Below the pieces are notes generated by a model. The model saw nothing but the letters and a program-made list of their open reading frames with translations, did no database searches and had not been told where the DNA came from. A stretch of DNA of 64,000 nt. Origin: Callorhinchus milii. Taxonomy: Eukaryota. The stretch covers positions 620,001 to 684,000 of the forward strand of contig NW_024704778.1 of the NCBI RefSeq assembly GCF_018977255.1. The letters run 5' to 3'. The translations under genes were made by a program, and so were the position numbers. Positions 59,231-64,000 of this stretch are shown here, one piece after another. Position 1 is the stretch's first letter. Each line of letters begins with the position of its first letter.

Positions 59231-62200
59231 ATGTCGACTGTGAACGGTTTGTGAGAGAGAGAAATAGAGAGATGGAAATAGTGAGGGAACGAGAGAGAGA
59301 GAGAGAGAGAGTGTGAGACCGAGGGTTATAGATGGCGGGGGGTGGGGGAGAGTGTGTGAGTGGAGGGTGATGACATCCCAGGTTTTGCTGTGTTATGTTC
59401 GGCTGTGACTGGAGCTGAAGCAGTTGATGTTCTGTCTGTTTACAGATGTGTCTCAGTCGGTCCGGAGGCGCTCAGAGCGACTGTCAGGAGCCAAGAAAAA
59501 CAAAGCGTCTCCGGAGAGGGAGGGAGGCCCTGGTCCGGCTCCAACCTCACAACTTTGCTCCTCAGGGATGGAGAAGGGTGTGGAGGGAATGAGGAGGGTG
59601 AGAGCTAAACACCACCACTGACTGTTGGCGTGTGTGGCTAACACTGTGTGTGGGCATCACAGACAATGTCCCAGTAACCAGAGTCTTACCATCAGAGGTT
59701 GTAATGAACTGACACTAACCGTAACCCCTTCTCTCCCTCTCCATTTTGTTTCACCTCTTTTCTCTGTCTCCGTGTTCATCACTCTCTGTTTCTGAGCCTC
59801 TTTCATGCAGATGATATTTGTGGTGTATCCGATCTGTTGTAAACAGTTATTCTGAATGTTTCTGAGAGAAGATTCCTGCAGACCATTCGCAAAGTCGTTC
59901 TTTAATCCCTTATCCCTGAAAAAACCCTCTCTCTGGGGAGCAGTTCTGATGCAGTTGATGTTGAGATAGTTTTCTCTGATGTGTTAGTTTGTGTTAGAGA
60001 TGTTTGTCTGGATTGCAAGCCAGTTTCTAATCAGTGTTCAGTGCTGTTAGTTGCTGTGTTGCTCGGTCACTGACGTGTGTTCCTGTGTGTGCAGGTGGCT
60101 GTAGTGAAGCACTCCATTGTTCTGAAGAAGATCGAGCCTGAGAGACGGCTGGTGAGTAACAACAACAATAAATTTTATCTTTGATTTCGCTATTTGGCAG
60201 TGGAATGTCAGAATCGAGCCTCTCCTCTGTGATGGTCTCTAGTCCCGGTTCCCGAGCCAGGAGGGGCCGCAATATCCCAGGGCACTCACTGCTGATGACA
60301 GCACAGCCTGGCCTGGCTCATTGGCAGGACCTGGAAGGTCTGACCAGTCACTCGGGGCAGAGATTCCTCCCCCTCAGCTCAGTCTTACAAACAGCCATGA
60401 AAGTGACCGGTGTTATCTGGGGATTGTTAGCCGGGAAAATCTGAGCTTTTCCAATCATGCCGTGGGAGATCTTAACCATCCACCTGAACAGGGAACAGAC
60501 AGGGATTGTATTGGGGCATCAGCTTAGACCGTGTGTGAGGTCAAAATCCCCGACGTGGGGGTTTGAACCCACAACCTCCTGCCTCGGGGGTGGGGAGAGT
60601 TTCCCAGACTGACGTGTGATTTTTTTTCTCTCTCTTTCTGCAGTTGAAAAGGGTTTCAGGGGAAGCAGCTCACAGCCACGGGGTAAGTTTGATAGATTGT
60701 CAGGATATTAAGGGATATGGGAAGAAACAGGAAATTGGAATTGAAAGGATTGGTTGAGGTACAGATCAGCCATGATCTAATTAAATAACAGAACAGGCTC
60801 GAAGAGCTGAATGGCCTCCTCTTGTTCCTATAAGTTACTTTCCGCTCAGCAGGCTCCACCTGGCGCTCTACAAATGTAATTTGTTGTTGTTGTTGCTCCA
60901 CCAGCAGCTCTCACTCTGTGGCTGTGGTAACTATGCTCTTTACCCTCAGGACTCACAGATCAGCAAAGCCCTGAGACGCAGCCCTCGGGTGAGTAACACC
61001 TGGTGTCACAGTGACTACACAGGTAACCCGGTTGGGGGGGTTGGGGGGTGCTGTGTGAGGTGAGGGGGGGGAATGGGCTGTGTGTGTGGGGTTTGGTTTG
61101 TGTGTATTGAGGGTTGAAGCCTCCTCCAATGCCAACTGTGAGGAGATACTGGACTTCCTTGAAACCAAGCCGAGAGGATCCGCTCAGCTGCCTCTACCCT
61201 TCCGACCACTATCCCCTCCCCATCCTTCCCTCCAACCCCGGCCCCAATCCATCGCTCCCTCCAACCCTGGCCCCTACCCATCCCTCACTTCAACCCTTTG
61301 AACCTGTCTCCCACTCCTCTGTCATCACAATCAAAACAACAACAACAATAAAGTTACTTTTGTATAGTGCCTTCCATGTCCGGAGGACGTCCCAGGGCGC
61401 ATGAAACCGACCACCTGCTCCCTCGATCCCATCCCTACCCCTTTCCTTCCTCTCAGCTCCACCTCCTTTCTGCCCTACTCACAGATATCATAAACCTCTC
61501 CCTGTCCACTGGTGCTGTTCCCAACCCTCTAAAAATGGCCATAATCACTCCTATCCTTTTTAAAAAAATCTTCCCTGGACCCCCTACCAAGCTGCTCGCT
61601 CCCTCTGCTCAGCAGGCTCTAGCCTGATTCACATCCCCTGCTTTGCCCGCCCCACCATTGGCGGGCAGGCCTTCCACCACTCTGACCCCACCCCCTGGAA
61701 CTCCATCCCGCAGTCCCTCCACCTCGCCCCCTCCTTTGCCTCCTTCAAGACCCAGCTCAAGACTCTCCTCTTCAACCATGCCTTCGGTCACCCTCCCACC
61801 CCACCCTCCTGATGTCACCCCCCAGCTCGGGTCCGAAACACTGATTGTCCAGGGTCTTGCGACGTCCGCCTGACGTGAAAGGCCTTTACACGTGTCATTT
61901 TGTTGTTGTCGAAGTGACGCTGTGTGTTTACGTTTGCAGATCAGTAACCAGTCAGTGAAGGAAAATGTGGACGTGCGTGAAGCAGAGCCTGCGGTGACCG
62001 GGGAGGTGGGGCCTGGGAGGGGAGAAGCCACAGAGCGGAGCGGGGCAGAGAGAGGCCACTTGTCCCCCGTCGCCCTGAACAGCCCCAACCCCCGGGAGCT
62101 GCTCATGTCCCGCAAAGTGCGTCGCTCGTACAGTCGTCTTAGCCCCGCCCCCAGCGATGCCCTCACTGTGCTCGACTCCATCCACACCTCCACACCAGAC

Positions 62201-62924
62201 GCTCCCCCTAGGAAGCGCTGCTCCTTGTTTGGCTTTGAGCGGCTGCTGCATGGGGAGGGGCTGAGTGGGGAGGAGGAGGGGCTGTGCGGGGAGGGGCTGG
62301 GGGCGGTTTCTCCAGTGATGGGGCCCTCGCTCAGCATGAAGCCCCCAGTGAAGCCGCCCTCGGACCGGGGTCCGCCCATTTCCCCTGACGGGAACATTCC
62401 CGGCATCGCAGTCGGCAAAGAGAAGAGGAAGAGACGGAAGATTCCGCAGATCCAGGTACTTGTAGTGTAGTGACTGTGTATAGAGGAAAGTCCCATAAAC
62501 GGCCCTGGGGTGAGCGACCAAGGGTTAGGCCTCTGTTTCCCAGCAGTCAGTAGGAACCTGCTTGTTAGGCAATTGGCGGATCACTTTCCGGGGGTAATAA
62601 TCTCTTCAAAATAATAATAATCCGGTCACTCAATCCATGACTTTTTGCGGGATCCTGTTCTGTGCGATTGGCTGCACTTTTTACTTTACCGTCCCCTATA
62701 GTTGACTCTCTTCCCCCCACAGGTCTCGGAGTTGAGGGGCGGTGTAGAGCGCGAGGAGGTGAGGGGGAGGGGATGTACAGCTGCAGTGGGATTGGGGGGC
62801 ATGTGTGTGGGGGGCTATAGTTGACTCTCTCTCTCCCCGGCAGGTCTCGGAGCTGGAGGAGTGGGCCGCACAGATGAACGCGAGTTTTGATGAGGCAGAG
62901 CGCTTCCCGCTGCTGGTGGAGTGA
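59231..62924 (+). CDS. CDCA5: Sororin (cell division cycle-associated 5), ~299 aa
   Basis: Exons 59231-59246, 59446-59597, 60095-60151, 60644-60682, 60950-60988, 61940-62455, 62844-62924. Motifs RRRSERL, IVLKKI, RRSPR, KEN box, MSRKVRRSYSRL, LFGFE, basic patch KEKRKRRK, ELEEWAAQMNASFDEAERFPLLVE; AATAAA at 63271. The 5' small exons are less certain than the last two. Confidence 0.9.
61420..61890 (+). mobile_element. L2-type LINE fragments
   Basis: IINLSLSTGAVPNPLKMAIITPIL followed by an L2 3'-end similar to 22880-23040. Confidence 0.7.
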
Positions 62925-63337
62925 TCGAGCGGTGTCCCTGAGAAACTCCGGCCTCTCCCTAACCTGTGAACCTCCATGAAGGAATTTCCTCCCAGGACAA
63001 TAGCCCGGCCAACGACTGCCCCCGCCCGGCACAGTGTATAGTGAGTGACTGCCCACGGATACAATGTATAGTGAGTGACTGCCCACAGTCTATAGTGAGA
63101 GGTTAGTGACAGTGCCCAGCTCTATCTGTAAATACTGTTTGTTGTGATGTTTGGGGACTATGCACTGGGGGGCGGGCGAGCTTTATACCTGACACTGTCT
63201 GCTCTTCCCCTTGTGCCCAGCCTGTGGGACTCTGTGACCTGTTACTGTAAGTGTTGATCATCAAGTTAATAATAAACTAACTAGCTGTTGTTTATACTGA
63301 AACTCATTGTCTCCTGCTGAACGTCCTGTGTTTACAG

Positions 63338-63682
63338 TGTAGCTCAGTGATTTGAGTGCTCACCTCGCAAGCAAGAGGACCTGGGTTTGAGTCCCGGGCG
63401 GGTTGGGCGAAATCTTAGGCAAGTTTCCTTACTCCACACACATGCCTCTGATAACCTAGAACCTGCTTGTTAGTCGATTGGTGGATCGTGTTCCGATGGT
63501 AATAATCCCTCCAAATAACAATACGATCACTCAATGCATGACTATTTGAGGGCACTGTTGTGCGCAATTGGCTTCCGCATTTTACCCACAAAACAGTCAC
63601 TCCACTTTCATATCCTGTGAAGCGCTTTGAGACGTCCCAACAACTTGATAAGGCACTATATCAAATGGAAAGATTATTCTTA
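63338..63682 (+). mobile_element. tRNA-derived SINE
   Basis: TGTAGCTCAGTG head, body and tail. Confidence 0.8.
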
Positions 63683-64000
63683 TCTCAACTTCCAATATTG
63701 TTAGCCAGGTGTCTGACATATGTGGAAACCCATCATTATGCTTAAGTCTCTAACCCAAACTGAGATTTCCATGCCTCCCACCTACACATGGAAGTCCCAG
63801 AGACAGATTGTTGGAATAGAATGCTCTCTCTATCTCTCTCTCTCCCTCCCTGGAGGGACTAATTCAAAGGCACGGGTTGGCAAGAGCCAAGGCTTGGGGG
63901 GAGCCCAGAGTATGTGTTGGGGTAACTGCTGGAGTTTAACCAGCTAAAGCCACACATAGCTTGGCCATTGAGGGACAGTGCTGCCTGGCTAAGCTTTCCC

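Noticed and set aside
61609-62496. 295-aa minus-strand ORF
   Set aside because: Antisense shadow of the GC-rich CDCA5 exon plus an L2 fragment

Overview
Eukaryotic, vertebrate genomic DNA with compact, intron-rich genes. The tRNA-headed SINE with an L2-type tail, the Deu-domain SINEs and the CR1/L2 fragments suggest a cartilaginous fish, possibly a holocephalan; this is inference. The gene set corresponds to human 11q12.3-q13.1. In order: the 3' part of a ZFTA/C11orf95-like zinc-finger gene (+); a complete 10-exon SLC22 organic anion transporter (+); an intronless, GC-rich, N-terminally extended UFC1-like gene (+); a second SLC22/OAT gene with two alternative first exons (+); then MRPL49 (-), VPS51 (-), TMEM262/CATSPER-eta (+), ZFPL1 (-) and CDCA5/sororin (+). 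The second OAT gene appears twice because ~12.3 kb is duplicated across a 30-N gap, probably an assembly artefact. Exon boundaries were read by eye from GT/AG sites and frame continuity. Most notable: (1) the divergent intronless UFC1 with intact catalytic Cys; (2) the OAT locus with two promoter+exon-1 cassettes feeding one set of exons 2-10, plus patchwise homogenisation of the extracellular-loop segment and exon 5 between paralogues; (3) a three-exon CatSper-eta gene that the ORF track shows only as fragments; (4) recurrent local duplication of splice junctions seeding minisatellites.
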